Positions 36,815 to 50,365 of a stretch of 64,000 bases of DNA are shown piece after piece. The stretch lies in NCBI RefSeq assembly GCF_009914755.1, contig NC_060933.1; one strand, 5' to 3'. Numbering within the stretch: position 1 is the first letter of the stretch; every line of letters starts with the position of its first letter. The notes under the pieces were generated by a model. It was not told the DNA's origin, did no database searches, and saw only the letters and a list, made by a program, of their open reading frames with translations. The stretch comes from the human T2T-CHM13v2.0 reference genome, Homo sapiens. Made by a program: the position numbers and the translations under genes.

Positions 36815-37023
36815 GGGACAGCAGAGGCCTGGCCCCAGGGGGTTAGGGGGCCAGGGCTTGGGCGCCTCTGTCCCGGGCTGGGGGCTTTGGACTTTGGGGG
36901 TATAATGGGGAGCCCTGGGACAGCAGAGGGCTAGCCCCAGAGGGCTAGCGGGGCCAGGGCTTGGGCATCTCTATCCTAGGCCTGGGGCTTTGGATTTTGG
37001 GGGTGTAATAGGGAGCCCTGGGA
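36815..37023. repeat. Tandem duplication, about 102 bp x 2 (diverged)
   Basis: gggacagcagagg...gggccagggcttgggc...ggggctttgga.tttggggg.t.taat.gggagccctggga at 36815 and 36917. Confidence 0.88.
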
Positions 37024-37869
37024 AGTTCTGATGGTGACAGAGTGGACATTCTGCCAAGTGACCAGTGGAGGGGACAGTGGTGGAGAGGGTGTGCTGAGCT
37101 GGCCTTAGCCTGGCCTGGGCAAGGTCTGGACTTGGCCATGTCTGGCTCTGCCTGTACAGAGGGGGCTGGCAGACGTTCCTGCGGGAGGCACTCTGTGGAT
37201 GGGGTCACCCAGAGTCTGGACAGAGACTCCATAGCTGCAGCTGGCCTCTCCATCCCTCCCCTTCCTTCCGAGGCCCCTGGGGGCTGCCGGCTAGGCTGGG
37301 AGTTACCGTGCGTGCTAGCTGCAGCCCCGTCTCAGGTTCTTGGGGCTGGGCACCGAGGAGCAGAGAAGCTGCCTGCCACCTGTTCACCCTCGCATCTGCA
37401 GGCCAGCGGCTCGTCCCCTCCTGCTGCCACAGTACCCTGATATGTGCCGATTGGTGGGATTGGGAGGGGACACAGCGAGGCCTTGGGTCAGAGCCTTGAT
37501 GAGGATGGGGGTGGCCGTCCTGGGGGCAGCAGGCCGGAGCCTGCGCTTGCCTGCATTCCCCGGCAGGATTTTTCTCTCGGCCTCCTGGGTCGGCATCTCC
37601 TTGGTGCAGGGTGGAGTCCGCTCCCCAATCCCTGGGCTTAAGGGAAGGGGAGGGGGAGTCTGACACACAGTGGGTAGGGGCCCGGGTGCCCCTAGAAGTG
37701 GCCAAGTTCAGACCTAGCCCAGGCCAGGCTAAAGCCAGCTCAGCACACCCTCCTCTCCATTGCCGTCCCTTCCACGGGTCACTTGGCGGGAGGTCCACTC
37801 TGTCGCTGCCAGAAGTTCCCAGGGCTCCCCATTACACTCCCAAAGTCCAAAGCCCCCAGTCTGGGACAG
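36971..37869. repeat. Long inverted repeat: arms about 36971-37143 and 37694-37869, spacer about 550 bp
   Basis: The reverse complement of the right arm aligns end to end with the left arm. For example, gtgtgctgagctggccttagcctggcctgggcaaggtct pairs with agacctagcccaggccaggctaaagccagctcagcacac. Confidence 0.92.
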
Positions 37870-40800
37870 TGGGTGGGGGGCCAGGCCCTACACAGCAGGC
37901 ACGGCAGCCAGGAGGGAGGTTTCTGAGGCTCAGCCTGTGGGGCCTGTGGCGCCTGTGGCCACGGGGTGGTTTGTCTCGCTCAGAGTGGTGATGAGCCTGA
38001 CCCGGGCCCTCAGCAAGTTTCTGCGGGGCAGGAGGGACGTGCTGAGGCTGAGCTCGGAAGAGGCAACTCTGGGTGCAGTTGAGCCTCTGGGCTGGTGTCG
38101 TTGAGCTCCGCCGCAGCCCTGGGAGTGGCAGAGGCAGGGAGGGCGCCCATGTTGGGGTTGTGATGGGGGAAGTCCTGCTCAGCGGGCTGACGTCCCGTTC
38201 TTGGTCTGTCTCATGGGTGAGGCCCTGTCCCCCGTCTGCAGATGCCCCGCCAGTCAGGCCCCTGCACATGACAGGCATCCGGCTCAGGTGCGTGGGTGGT
38301 AAGCCTCTTCTGTGGGAAGGATGCTGCGTGCTAGGGTGGGCCTGGGCTTATGGCACGGGTGTGGAGGGGATTCTTGGAAAGCCGGCACCAGCTGGAGAGG
38401 GTCCCCACTGCCAGCCTTGGGTGCTGAGCAGGTGCTCTGTCCTTCAGGGGTTCCCTGCCTGGACTCTGTCCACCGCGTGGCCCCGGTGGCCATGCCCTGC
38501 CTATTCTAAGCACCGGTGCCCCCATCTGCAAATGGTGCTGCTCAGCGGGCCGTGGGAAGACTGGGGATGTCCCCCAGAGAGGCCGGCCCCATGCCAGGCC
38601 CCAGGACATGCCTGGGGGAGCATCCTCTGCCCTGATCATTTCAGAGTCCCCGACTGAACCATCGTGTTGGCCTCTGGCATGGAGCTGGCCACGCTCCACC
38701 ACAGGTGGGACCTGAGGAACTGCAGGGGTGTTCCTGAGCCAGGTGGCCGTGCACATGAAGGTGGAGACGAGAGCCGCCCTGAGGGTGGAAAGCCTGGCCG
38801 TTCCACGACAGAGCTGCTGGCAGCGGTGGCAGGGCCTCTGAGCCACCGAGAGCAACATGGCTCAAAATGAAACAAGAATCATTTCTTTTCCTGTTGAAGG
38901 GAAACTACCCCCAGGAGCCCACAGGCTGGGGGCCCCCTCGCCACACAGGCGGGCTGTGGGGCAGGCGGGGTTTCTCCAGGAATTCCCCTGCTTCCCACTC
39001 ACCCTCCTCGAAGGTCTGGCCCTGTGGTGGTGCTAGACACAGTTCAGGGGTACGGCCTGGAAGGGAGGCTGCGCTGCCCAGGAGCCCCTGCCTGGCCCTG
39101 GAGAGGTGAGCATTCTGCCAAGTCCCCGAGCTGGTACCCGTCCTCCAAGGTGGGCGTCATTGCTGGAACTCTCAGGGCTCATGGGTGTCTGCTGTGTCTG
39201 GCCACCCTGGTGGTCGAGGGGTGGCCAAGGGGTGGACCGAGGCTTCAGAAAGCCAGGCCTCCAGGCGTTGACCCGGCAGCTCTTGTTCCGGGCTTGGAAA
39301 CATCTCGCCTCCTTGAGCCCTGGTTCCTCCCCTGCAGGACGGGGGCAGGAGGAGCGGCTCCCCCTTGTCACCACACTTCTGTGAGCTCATGTAATGAAAT
39401 GTTGGCCTGGCGTGCACCTGCAGTTAGGTGTTTGAGCTGTGGTAGCTGCGGCCTACGGCAGCTCTTCTACCACATGATGGAGTCTGTGTGTTTGCAGGGG
39501 GCCGTGACAGTCACCTGGCTTGGTGCAGTGTGCAGGGCAAGCCCCGGTGTCAGAGCCTCCATTTTGCAGAGGGGGAGGGTGGGAAGGACGTCACATGCAG
39601 GCGATTGGGGCTCCCAGCTTCCTGGTGGCCCCACGCCTTTGGTCACGCCCTTTCCGTGACTCCGCTTCTTTCCACTGGGACTCTGCCAGGACTGGGGCTT
39701 GACTCCCGCCCTCCCACCCTCCTAGCCTCTGCCCCAGGCAGCAGATGGGTGGTCTGCTCACGATGCCCCGGGGGGAATGGCCGTACAGGGGCACAGGTCA
39801 GCTTACCGAGTGTCTCCGGCCTTGTGGCTGGAAAGCAGCTCTCAGGACTCTCCGGGGCCCCTTGGCATCTTTCTAGGTGGGTGGCCCTGAGCCCACCTCC
39901 TCCCTGTACCCCCATGGCAGGAGCTCCTTTTTGGGAACCAGTGGAGCGAGCGTGGCTGGACAGGCCTGGCCCCAGAGCTGCGCGATTTCCATCACGGCTC
40001 TCCTCTGGCTTCCTCCTTGGCGCTGGCTGGGCCAAGCCCTCCTGACTTCTGGGTCCCTGGGATGGGTGGGTGACTCCGTCCATGAGGCTACCTGAATTCT
40101 CGCTTACCCTAGCCATCTTTAGGCTGGGGGATGTGGGTGCTTCCTGGTAAAATCAGATGCCCTGTAGCTCTCCTAAAAGGGCCAGCCTCAGATTTGCGGT
40201 CCCTGGTCCTGGCCCCTGGGTTCAGGACTTCATTTTGGCCGTGCGGGTTGCACCTTGGGGATGGGCGTCCCTTGAGGTTTGTGCCAGTCGTGGGAGTGGA
40301 GGAGTAGCGGCTGCGTTGGGAACCCGTCCCTGGGCAGGCACTCTGGGATGGGGCTCCGAGTCCCACAGTCACTGGCCGGTCATTGCCAGCCCCTCAGCCC
40401 TCTAGGGACAGACCCTGCCTGCTCGTCCCTGTTAGGGGCCAGTTCTGCAGGTGGTTACTTGGCTTCTTCTTAAAAAAAAAAAACCCATCCTGCCCTGGGA
40501 AACCCGGGAATCATGGGGAAGCGGGAAATGACAGTAGGGAATTGACATTTCCTGAGCCAGCGTCTGGGGCATCGGACCAAGTGCAGGGCGAGCTGGGCAG
40601 GGAGGGGTGCAGCCGGCTCTGCCGTCAGCCTAAAGCCATGAGCGACCTGGGCGCTCTTCTCCCTGTAGCACTGGGGCACACACAGGGTGGTGAAGGGGGC
40701 ATGACACAACCAGGAGGCTGGGTCACAGAGGACCAGGGGTCTGTCAAGAGTTTGGCCTGCACCTCCCAGCTGCCTGGCCCAGGTGTGCCCCTCCTGTCCA

Positions 40801-41537
40801 CATCTGCCTCTAAGCTGTGAAGAATTTGGGAGTGGATGCTGCTCTGGGGCTGTTTCCTCTTCTGAACCATGGTGGTTCAGGCAGCCTGGTCCCAGGTTAA
40901 GTGTGCCCCTTAGCGCCTGGGGCATCCCTGGACAGTGGCCGCCATGGGCATCTGGCAGCCCTGCCAGCGTGGTGGGTGATCATAGCAACGGCTGCAAGAC
41001 TCGGGGAAGGTGGTGCGTGCATATCTGGTTGAATGTAGCTGGGCCTGGTGTGAGGCCTGTGGCCGCAGCTCCCATGGTGGGCTTCTCAGGGGAGTAGGCA
41101 TGGCAGGGTGGGGTTCCTGCAAAAACCCTAGCCCTCATGCCCCAGTTAGTGAGTGTCTTCACCTCTCAGCTCTGTCTTGAATGCTTCCTGGGTGCAGGCA
41201 CTGACTGCTCATGGGGAGCCCCCTCCTGAGCACCCTCTTCCTCCTGTGTGTGCTTCCCACTTCCCTCACTGTGGCTGGGCTGCAGCTGTACCTGCCACCA
41301 CTGGGTCTAACCCCAGCGCCCCTGGGCTGTATGAGTGGGCTGTGCAAGGGTGGCCATCAGCCTCGGCACCACTTCCTATTCTTCCTTCTGCCGCTGGCCA
41401 GTCCTCAACTTGCTCAGTATGGCCAAGAGGACCCAAAACACCATCCCCTTGCTATTTATGACAAAACTTGTCAACCTCTCTGTCTAGGCTTCAGCCTGCC
41501 ATCTGCACAGTGGAGCAGGGCAAGGGGTTGCTCAGCT

Positions 41538-42761
41538 GGTAGTGATGGTGACGGTGGTGGTGGTGGTGATGATGATGTAATGATGGTGTTGATGATGTTG
41601 GTGATGGTGGTGGTGATGGTGGTGGTGATGGTGATGGTGGTGGTGATGATGTTGATGGTGGTAGTCGTGGCGGTGATGATGGTGATGGTGGTGGTGATGG
41701 TGATGTTAATGTTGATGTGATCATGGTATTGATGGTAGTGGTGATGGTGGTGATGTACATGGTGGTGGTGACGGTGATGATATTAATGTTGGTGATGGTG
41801 GTGATGGTGTTGATGTTGATGGTGGTGATTATGGTGATCCTAGTGGTGATGATGGTGGTGACAATGGTGATGATGGTGATCGTAGTGATGGTGGTGATGG
41901 TAATGGTAGTGATGTTGATGACAGTGATGTTTATGGTGTTGATGTTGATGCTGGTGATGATGGTGTTGTTAATGTTGGTGATGATGGTAGTGGTGATGGT
42001 AGTGATGATGTTGTGGTGATGATGGTGATGATGGTGATCGTAGTGATGGTGGTGATGGTAATGGTAGTGATGTTGATGGCAGTGATGTTTATGGTGTTGA
42101 TGTTGATGCTGGTGATGATGGTGTTGTTAATGTTGGTGATGATGGTAGTGGTGATGGTAGTGATGGTAGTGATGACGCTGGTGATGATGGTAGTGATGAT
42201 GCTGGTGATGATGGTGATGTTAATGTTGGTGATGATGGTAGTGGTGATGGTAGTGTTGATGGTGATGATGGTGATGATGCTGGTGATGATGGTGATGTGG
42301 TGATGATGGTGATGATGGTGATCGTAGTGATGGTGGTGATGGTAATGGTAGTGATGTTGATGACAGTGATGTTGATGGTGTCGATGTTGATGCTGGTGAT
42401 GATGGTGTTGTTAATGTTGGTGATGATGGTAGTGGTGAAGGTAGTGATGGTAGTGATGATGGTGGTGATGATGGTGATGATGGTGATGTTAATGACGATG
42501 GTGATGGTGATCGTAGTGATAGTGGTGGTGGTGGTAATGGTGGTGATGTTGATGACAGTGATGTTGATGGTGATGATGATGGTGTTGATGTTGATCCTGG
42601 TGATGATGGTGATGTTAATGTTGATGATGGTAGTGATGGTGGTGATGATGGTGGTGATGATGCTGATGATGGTGATGTTAATGGTGGTGATGGTGATCAT
42701 AGTGATGGTGGTGGTGATGACGGTGGTGATGATGACGGTGATGTTGATGGCAGTGACAGTG
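41538..42761. repeat. Degenerate (GAT/GGT)n triplet array, about 1.2 kb
   Basis: Directly visible GATGGT/GGTGAT/GATGTT repeats. The landmark ATCGTAGTGAT recurs at 41879, 42037, 42321 and 42510. Confidence 0.97.
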
Positions 42762-45700
42762 CAGATGTGTCATTGCACGCTCGCTGGATGCCTTCACAGA
42801 CATTGCTTTAAGCTGAGTTTTATAATCAAGAGTGGTTTTCCTGCCGAGGCCCTTTGGGTGTTGATGGAGCCTGTCTCCATGAAGGGCCACTGCCTGTGCC
42901 CTGGGAGTTTGAGGTCAGTCAAGACTGAAGGGTGTTTGGTTGGTGTCTCCTGACTGAGGCTTGGAGAAGGTCAAGGTGTGTGGGTCACTCTTCCTCATTC
43001 TCATGCCCTGGCAGCTCGCGGAGGTCTCTGGGGGAGGCCCGGGCAGGGTCTCATAGGTCTGGGTTGCAGATCTACCCCTGCCTTTGGATCCCCTGCGGAC
43101 TGAGCTGCCTGGCCAGCTGCACTTGCACGCTACGTGCCTCAGGGGCCAGAGGCCTCAGGCAGCACCCCTGGTCCCCTCATCTTGACATCACGCCCCCTCA
43201 CTACCCTGCGTCTCCCAGTCTCCCCTTGTGCCAGCCCCTGATCTTGCACTGGGGAAACTGGACAAGGTCCCCACCATGGGGGCCTCTTGGGCTGGGAGGG
43301 CAGAGGTGTGAGAGGCAATGTCAGGGGGCCCCATGGAGCTCAAGGAGGGAGAGGCCAGTGTTTGGCTCCTCCTGGGTGAGCGGATAGGGAGTCAAGACCC
43401 TGCTTTCTCTGCATTTGTGCAGGGGTGGTGATAATAAAAGTGGGTTTGGCATTCAGAGTCCTTGAGGGTCTCTTGGTCACGTGGAACCTGGGGGACCAAA
43501 CTCACAGAGGCAGAGGCCGGACAGGAGTCCAGAGCCTGACCGACCTGGCCTGGCTGGGCTCTGTCCTGAGGCTGGGACACCGTGGGCTCTCAGGGAAGCA
43601 TCAGTCCCCTCTCAGTCCTGGCAGGAGCCTGTCTGTGCTGGCTCTGCAACCCCGGTCACTCCGAACTCCCACATGTCCATGGGGCTGGCAGGACTGTGGC
43701 GTTGTGTCTGGTGCAGACCCAGATTTCTGTCCCTCCCTTGGCGGAGTCCCGCCTGGCCTCACCGTGGCTTCCTGTGTCCACCGCTGCTTCCTTCTCACCC
43801 TTTCCCTCCTGGCCCACTGGCCGGCCATGGGGGGCTGATCATGGAAGGGCCCGTCTCACTGGGCCCTTGGGGCATCTCTGCATGTGTCACGGAAGGTTGG
43901 GTAGGGCAGGGCTAGGGAGCAGGCTGGTCAGGGCTCTGTGTGGGGCCGGCAGTCCTTAGGGCCACTTCCTGGGGGTTTTGTGAGCAGTTGCGGGCTGCAG
44001 TGAAGGAGATGGACACCTTGGTGTGCCAGGCCCCATCCTCCTTTCTCCTCCAGAGTCTGGGTGGTTCTGGGGCACCCCTGGCTCAGAGCAGGGGCCTGAG
44101 TGTCCATGTTCCCGCAGGTGGGTGACTTCATAGGCCTGGCCGAGGTGGGGGGCTGGACCTCCCCATGGGGCCCCTTGGCATTGCCTTCAGGGAGCTCCAT
44201 CATCCGACCCTGCTTTGGGGCCCTCAGGCTCCTGTGGAGGCAGGCCTGGGTCTCTCCTAACTATTCAGGAGGGCCAATCTGGCCTGTCCTCAGATGGGGC
44301 TGAGATTTAGGGCCAGGGTGTTGGTTGGGGAAAGGGCAGGGTAACCTCAGAAGAGCTGAAATTCCAGCCTGGGCCACCTGAGCTGTAAGCTGACACTTGG
44401 CCTGGAGGCCGCTAGCGGGCCATGCTCCTGGGGCTGGAGGTGACAGGCCCGAGTCTTTGCCTGCCCCTGCGGGGAGGCGGGAAACAGACGTGCAGCAGGT
44501 ACGGAGAGCCCACCCCGCCGAGGGCCCGTAGGGCCCATCTTCAACAACCTCTGCTGTTGGCATGCCCATTTTACAGAAGGGGAGACTGAGGCTCATCTAG
44601 GCTAAGGGGTTGCCTAGGGTCTCTCCGTCAGGGAGTGGTGGGTCTTGTGGGCCCAAGGGTGAGCAGAAGCCCATTCTCACCATGGCCGGCATCTCCTGGG
44701 TTGGGCATGGCTGCCCGCCCCACCCTAGTTCCTCAGGGCCCCTCACCCTCTGGGGCTTGTGGCCACTTCCTTCCTCTTCCTCCTACACTAACCACCTTCA
44801 GCTTCCCCCAAACCTTGACGCGCCGTGGTCCCTGCCACGTCCTCATCCCTGTCCCCGCCAGCGCTGCCCTTCTCCCTCCCCTGGGAGGCCAGGGGAAGCA
44901 GTACTTCCGGAGGTGGGGGCTGGAGGTGGGTGATCCAGGAAGCTCTGAGGGCCTGCTAGCTGCTTGCAACGGGGTTTCAGTTCCGGGCGGGGGGGTCCCC
45001 AGGCAGGTGGCATAGGGTTGCAGGGACGTTGCAGGGACCGGGAGCAGGCAGGCTCAGGACCAGCTCTCATCTGGGTGCTGGTTTACCCAGTGGGCTTCCT
45101 CATCGCAGGCCGAGCTCCTCCCTCCTCCCGGGCACCCTGCCTTTCCTTTGCACCATCCTGGATTCCCCACCGTGGAGCCCACGGGACCCTACCCCAAGCT
45201 CCCCCATTTAGAACGCCGTCCTTCCCTCCGCTGGGCTTCCTGGGGCGCCAGATTGGATGGTCCGGGTGTCCTCTGTTTTTCATCTAGACAGGTGACCTGA
45301 TCACTCGGCCCCAGCCTGTGGCCTGCTCAGACCCTGCCGCGATTGGCCCTGCAGATTCCAAAGGGATGTGGGGACTTTGAGTTCCCCTCTCCAAGGGCCG
45401 GAGGTTCCCTGGCTGCCCAGGAGGGGGCTGGAGTCCTGAGGGCTCACCCCCGCCCCCACCACAGTCAGACTGGCATTTCCTGCCACCTTCTCTGCCTCCC
45501 CCGCCTGCCAGGCAGAGGCCGGAAGGGAGTTGGTGGGGGTTCCCCAGGCTTCCTGCTCTGGGGTCCAGGGAGCAGAAGCATCCTGGCACTGGTGAGCGTT
45601 CTGGAGGGAACTGTGCAGCTCAGGAACTTTGGTCAACAGGGTGTCCCTTCCCTCTTCCAGCAGACCCTCTGGGGTGTGAGTGTCCCTGGGGTCCTGAGTG

Positions 45701-46418
45701 GTGCCTGCATACACCTGGGGTGGCAATTCACCGTCTCGCGGAGCAGCCTGTGCCGTCACTGGGCAGCAGTCAGGACAAGAACATTCCTTACTTCAATGTT
45801 ACTAAACCTGCCGCTTAGCCCCCGACACTCAGGATCTGCCATCTGGGGGCCCAGGGAGCTGCTCTGTGCCTGCCCTGGGTGCTGGCATTCCGGGGCATTC
45901 ATCTCTGGTACAAGGCTTTTGCTCCCGGCCTCCAGGTATCTGCACTTTAGAGTCAGTTTTGTGCCAAGGGAGTGATCACTCCACCACTTCTTCTGTGCAG
46001 TCTTCCTGGATAGAAATCTAGTAGCTGTGAGAGGCGCCTTGGGGCTACTGGGCACTGCCCCTGCCGGGATCAGGGCCTGCTTTCTGCTCTTCCGTTTAGC
46101 CCTGGAGGTCCCTGAGTTCTTCCTGAGCTCCTCCTCGCCTGGGGTTCGGAGTCACACTGATTGCCTGTGGTCCCTAAGTGGGCACGGTGGGTGTAAGGGG
46201 TGTGAGGGTCTGGGATTGTGGGGCCCTGTATGGCTCAGGTTCTGAGGTTCCCAGATCCCGCCATTCAGTTTTGCCACTCAGGCCCCTCTGCCGCTCCCTT
46301 GTGTGGGGAGGGCTGTGTGTCTGCTGGCTCCCGGGTTGGGTCTGAGTGTCTGAGGCTGTCCCTGTGGTTTGGGGGTGAACCTGGAGGGCCACGGAAGTCA
46401 GTGAAGACCAGCTGGTAA

Positions 46419-46770
<352 letters not shown>

Positions 46771-47579
46771 TAAGAATAACGCCTATGGTAGCCACCACTT
46801 AATCAGGGGTGGGGACGGATAAATGACCTGGAAGAGACAGAGCCCACACGCACGTGGACGGGGCCCTTTGCTGTGAGTAGAGGATGTCGAGGCATTTTTT
46901 GCCTCTTCTTTTTTAATGTCCTCTTCCTGGCCAAAAAGCATCTCTCTCTAGAGGATTCCAGAAAACACACCCAGCCTATTGTCACCCAGGCTCTGGGAAG
47001 GTGTCTGCTATGGACGGAGTCTGTGTAAACAGGAAGGGCTGGGAGCGGGGCCCAGGGGCAGCTGGCTTAAATAATTCAGCTCCTGAGGTGCCCTGGAAGG
47101 CTGTCCCAGAAACCCTCCAGTCCCCTCCTCCAACTCAGTGTCCCCCTGACTCCCCAGTCTTCCCAGATTACATCTGGAGCAGGGGGTGGGTGGAGAAGCT
47201 GAAAGAATCCAGGAGTGTCTTCTCCCATGGCCTTAAAATTCCCATCTTCTTCCCAGAGGCCAGGAAGAAAGGTGGGCGGCCTTCCCAGGGGTGCCTAGGG
47301 CCTCAGATCAGGCCATTCCAAGGCCCGGCTTCTGAATGCAGTGCTGAGGTTTGGGCTCCCTTCATGGCCCGGCCTCCTCCCAGGTGCTCCCAGGGCTACC
47401 TGGTGGAGATGGCTGCAAAGCCAATTTGTGCACAGTCATGCTTTCTTGTCCCTTCTGCCTTGAAGTCAGCACAGTGTTTCCCTGGATTGGCTTGGATAAG
47501 GAGGGCCCAGCCCTGGTCCAGGCTCAGTCTGTGTGGATTTGGGGCTGAGCAGAACTTGCTGCTGAGTACGCGTGCCTGT

Positions 47580-47615
47580 CTGCATTTCACAGATGAGGAA
47601 ACTGAGGCTTGGTAA
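47580..47615 (-). mobile_element. MIR core fragment (representative; similar cores at about 3450, 8440, 14680, 19470, 20805, 34320, 44565, 48930, 54930, 55220, 61590)
   Basis: catttcacagatgaggaaactgaggct is the conserved MIR core motif, and it recurs on both strands across the window. Confidence 0.65.
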
Positions 47616-49454
47616 AGGAAGAAGCTGGCTCAGGTTTCCTCCGGCAGGGGTCAGCTGAAGGTGGGTGAGGTGGGGCTGTGATGAGGCAGCCATGTGGCAT
47701 TCCCAGGGTCCCCGCAGTGCCCTGGTGGGCATGGTTGCCTGGCCTAGGGGCAGCTGCAGGTTTCTGGGAGTGTGCCTTTGGGGCAGTTCTCATCACACAC
47801 CTTCTCTATGCCTCAGTTTCCCTGTCTGTCACAGGCTGGTGGTGGTAGCTTCTCCAAGAGTTGCAGGAATCAGTAACATCAGGTTATGCAGGTATTTCAT
47901 AGACTCGTGAGCAGCCTGATTTTGTGTTTGTCTGTCTTGGACACACTCTTTTGCCTGCTTTGTCTTGTCAGCTCCTAGCTGTTCTCTCCCTGGCCTTCTG
48001 CACCTGGGGATTCTGGATGTGGAGACCTCTGGGCTGCATGTGTTTGATATCTACATGTGGGTCCTGCCTGTCCTCCTCCCAGGAGTTGAATGACCAATAG
48101 GGCTGGTTTGCAGTACCTGTCTTAGCCAGTAGGTGCCACCAACATCTGGTTCTGGAATTCCTTAAGTCTGCATTTTTAGTTCAATGAAATGGCTTATTCC
48201 CAATATTGTGAATGATGAAGGTTTCCAGTGGGTCAGACAAGGCTCATTTGCTGGTGGGGTCTGTACCCCGACTGCGATGGGGCACTAGTGGCAGCCAGGC
48301 CCCTGCAGTGCTGGCTGAATCTGAGCAGTGCTGGCTGAATCAGGGCAGTGCTGGCTTCCAGGCCTCCTTTCTGCACCTTCCTCCCTGGGAGAGGAAGCAA
48401 GAGGGGGTGTGTGGAGCAGGCCTGAGGCTGCTGGACAAGAATGGGCAAATGCTCCTGAGCAGAGGTGGGCACAGGGTGGCAGAACCTCTGTGTTCCTGCT
48501 GCCTCTGAGCTGGCCTTGGCCAGGTGCTGGGGGCAGCAGAGCTGTGTGAGGTAAGAAGAGTGCTGGCTTTGGATGGGGTCAGGAGTGGCCCGAGTTTCCA
48601 CGCTGCCGAGTGGTGGTGGCATCCTAAAGCTCATGCCATGTCTTCCTGAGATGCAGGGTGCACAGGAGGCAGATGCCCATGAGAGGCCTGGCCCAGGGCT
48701 TCCTCCCGCTCTAGCCTGGCACCCAGCGAGTGAGCCAGTGCCCTGGACACAGCTGCTCTGAGGCTTGGGGAGGTGAAGTCTTCCTGGGGCTGTGGAGGGG
48801 TGGGGCCAGGGGTGTCCCCTGACCTGGGGCATGTGGGCTCAGTCATAGCCACTCTATGTGTTCATGGTCCTGCTCGACTCCCCAGAAGTGCCTGTGATTG
48901 CCACAGGTCAAGGCACGGAGGGCCTGAGAGCCATTCTGCAGATGGGAAGGCTGAGGCCCAGAGAGGGAGAGTGGCTTGCCCCGTGTGCCCAGCCCGTCGG
49001 AGATAGGGTGGGGGCAGGCAGGCAGTGCCTCCAGCTCCCGGCACTTGCTGCCGTCTGTGCTGCCTTGGGTGGGCTCCGACATTTCCCAGTGGTCTGCTCA
49101 GGCCCATGGGCAGTGGATTCGCCACCTGGGAGCCTCCCTTCTGCAGTGCCAGCCTCCAGGGTGCGGGGCAGGGGGGCACCTCCTGAAGTGTGGTTGGGGC
49201 TTTGAAATCTCTGATTTCAAAGGCGGGAGTGTGGGAGGTCCCAGCCTCTCCTGCGGCCCTATGGGCTGCCCTCTTGTTCCTGGCACACACCAAGGCCTTG
49301 CACAAAGCCACCCAGCAGCGTCCAGCCCACCGCCCACGTGAGAGGTGCCCCATTCCACCCATCTGGTCCCCTCAAACAGACCTCAGAGCATGGAGCTAGG
49401 GGCCTGAGCGTCCGGTGCCCGGGCGACCACTGCTGTGGCACCTGAGCAGGTCCA

Positions 49455-49685
49455 GGCAGTGTGGCCTGCTGGTTAGGGCCACAGACATGGGAGTGGGTCA
49501 GCAGGCGCCGCCAGTCCTGGCTTGGCCACAGGTGGCTCTGAGTACTCAGGGCCTGGCTTCCCGCATCTGTAAAATGGGAGAATCATGGTGCTCACTGCTG
49601 ACCTCCCAAATCCACGAATTTACCCACGCTCAGAACTGACCAGGTCCTGGTACACGGCAGGTGCTCGGCGACATCAGCCTTTCTG
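49455..49685 (+). mobile_element. MIR SINE (degenerate, near full length)
   Basis: ggcagtgtggcc..ggttagggc; core ttcccgcatctgtaaaatgggagaat; tail cctggtacacggcaggtgctc. Confidence 0.55.
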
Positions 49686-50114
49686 CCTTTCATGATTATT
49701 CCCAGACCTTCACCTTGAGTCCCTGTGGAGATGGGCAGAGGGGCTGACTAGTCCCGGCCACCAGCCACTCCTCCCACTGCTTTCCCAGGTGGACGGGCCT
49801 GGAGTGCTGAGGGTTGGAGCGACCCAGGCGGGCATCCTGGGGCTCATTCACAGCGGGTTCTTCCTGCGTCTGCCGCAGGCCCAGCCTAAAGCCGGGGTCA
49901 GGCGCAGAACAGTACCTTGGAGGGGAGCTCTGGGCACACCTGGCCCGTAGTGAGTGTGAATTTGCGTCAGAGAGCTGTCGAGACCCACGGGGCCACCTTG
50001 AGGGTGCCGGGGTCTTCCCGCAGGTGCGTGCATCTGTAGCTGGGGGGAGCAGGCATTTGGTGGGGCCTGGAGTCACCTGCACTGACCACTCTCCTGCGGC
50101 TTCTTGTCTTGCAG

Positions 50115-50365
50115 ATTTCTCCACCCAGGTGAACTCCTCCCTCACCTCCCCGACGGGGCGAGGCTCCATGGCTGCCCCCTCGCTGCACCCGTCCCTGGGG
50201 CCTGGCATCGGCTCCCCGGGACAGCTGCATTCTCCCATCAGCACCCTGAGCTCCCCCATCAACGGCATGGGCCCGCCTTTCTCGGTCATCAGCTCCCCCA
50301 TGGGCCCCCACTCCATGTCGGTGCCCACCACACCCACCCTGGGCTTCAGCACTGGCAGCCCCCAG
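50115..50365 (+). CDS. RXRA: RXRA coding exon 2 (A/B, AF-1 region; about residues D10-Q93)
   Basis: Acceptor ttcttgtcttgcAG|AT, donor CAG|GTGAGT, 251 nt. Translates to (D)FSTQVNSSLTSPTGRGSMAAPSLHPSLGPGIGSPGQLHSPISTLSSPINGMGPPFSVISSPMGPHSMSVPTTPTLGFSTGSPQ, which I recognise as the human RXR-alpha N-terminal region. Internal ATG (Met28) at 50168. Confidence 0.97.

Noticed and set aside
41491-42953. Met/Val-rich hydrophobic and Ile/Thr-rich ORFs
   Set aside because: They are translations of the GAT/GGT array, broken at repeat phase shifts, with no sign of a gene structure.
49696-50352. 218-aa antisense ORF over exon 2 (also antisense ORFs over exons 3 and 4)
   Set aside because: These are shadow ORFs from high-GC3 coding sequence, with no independent support.
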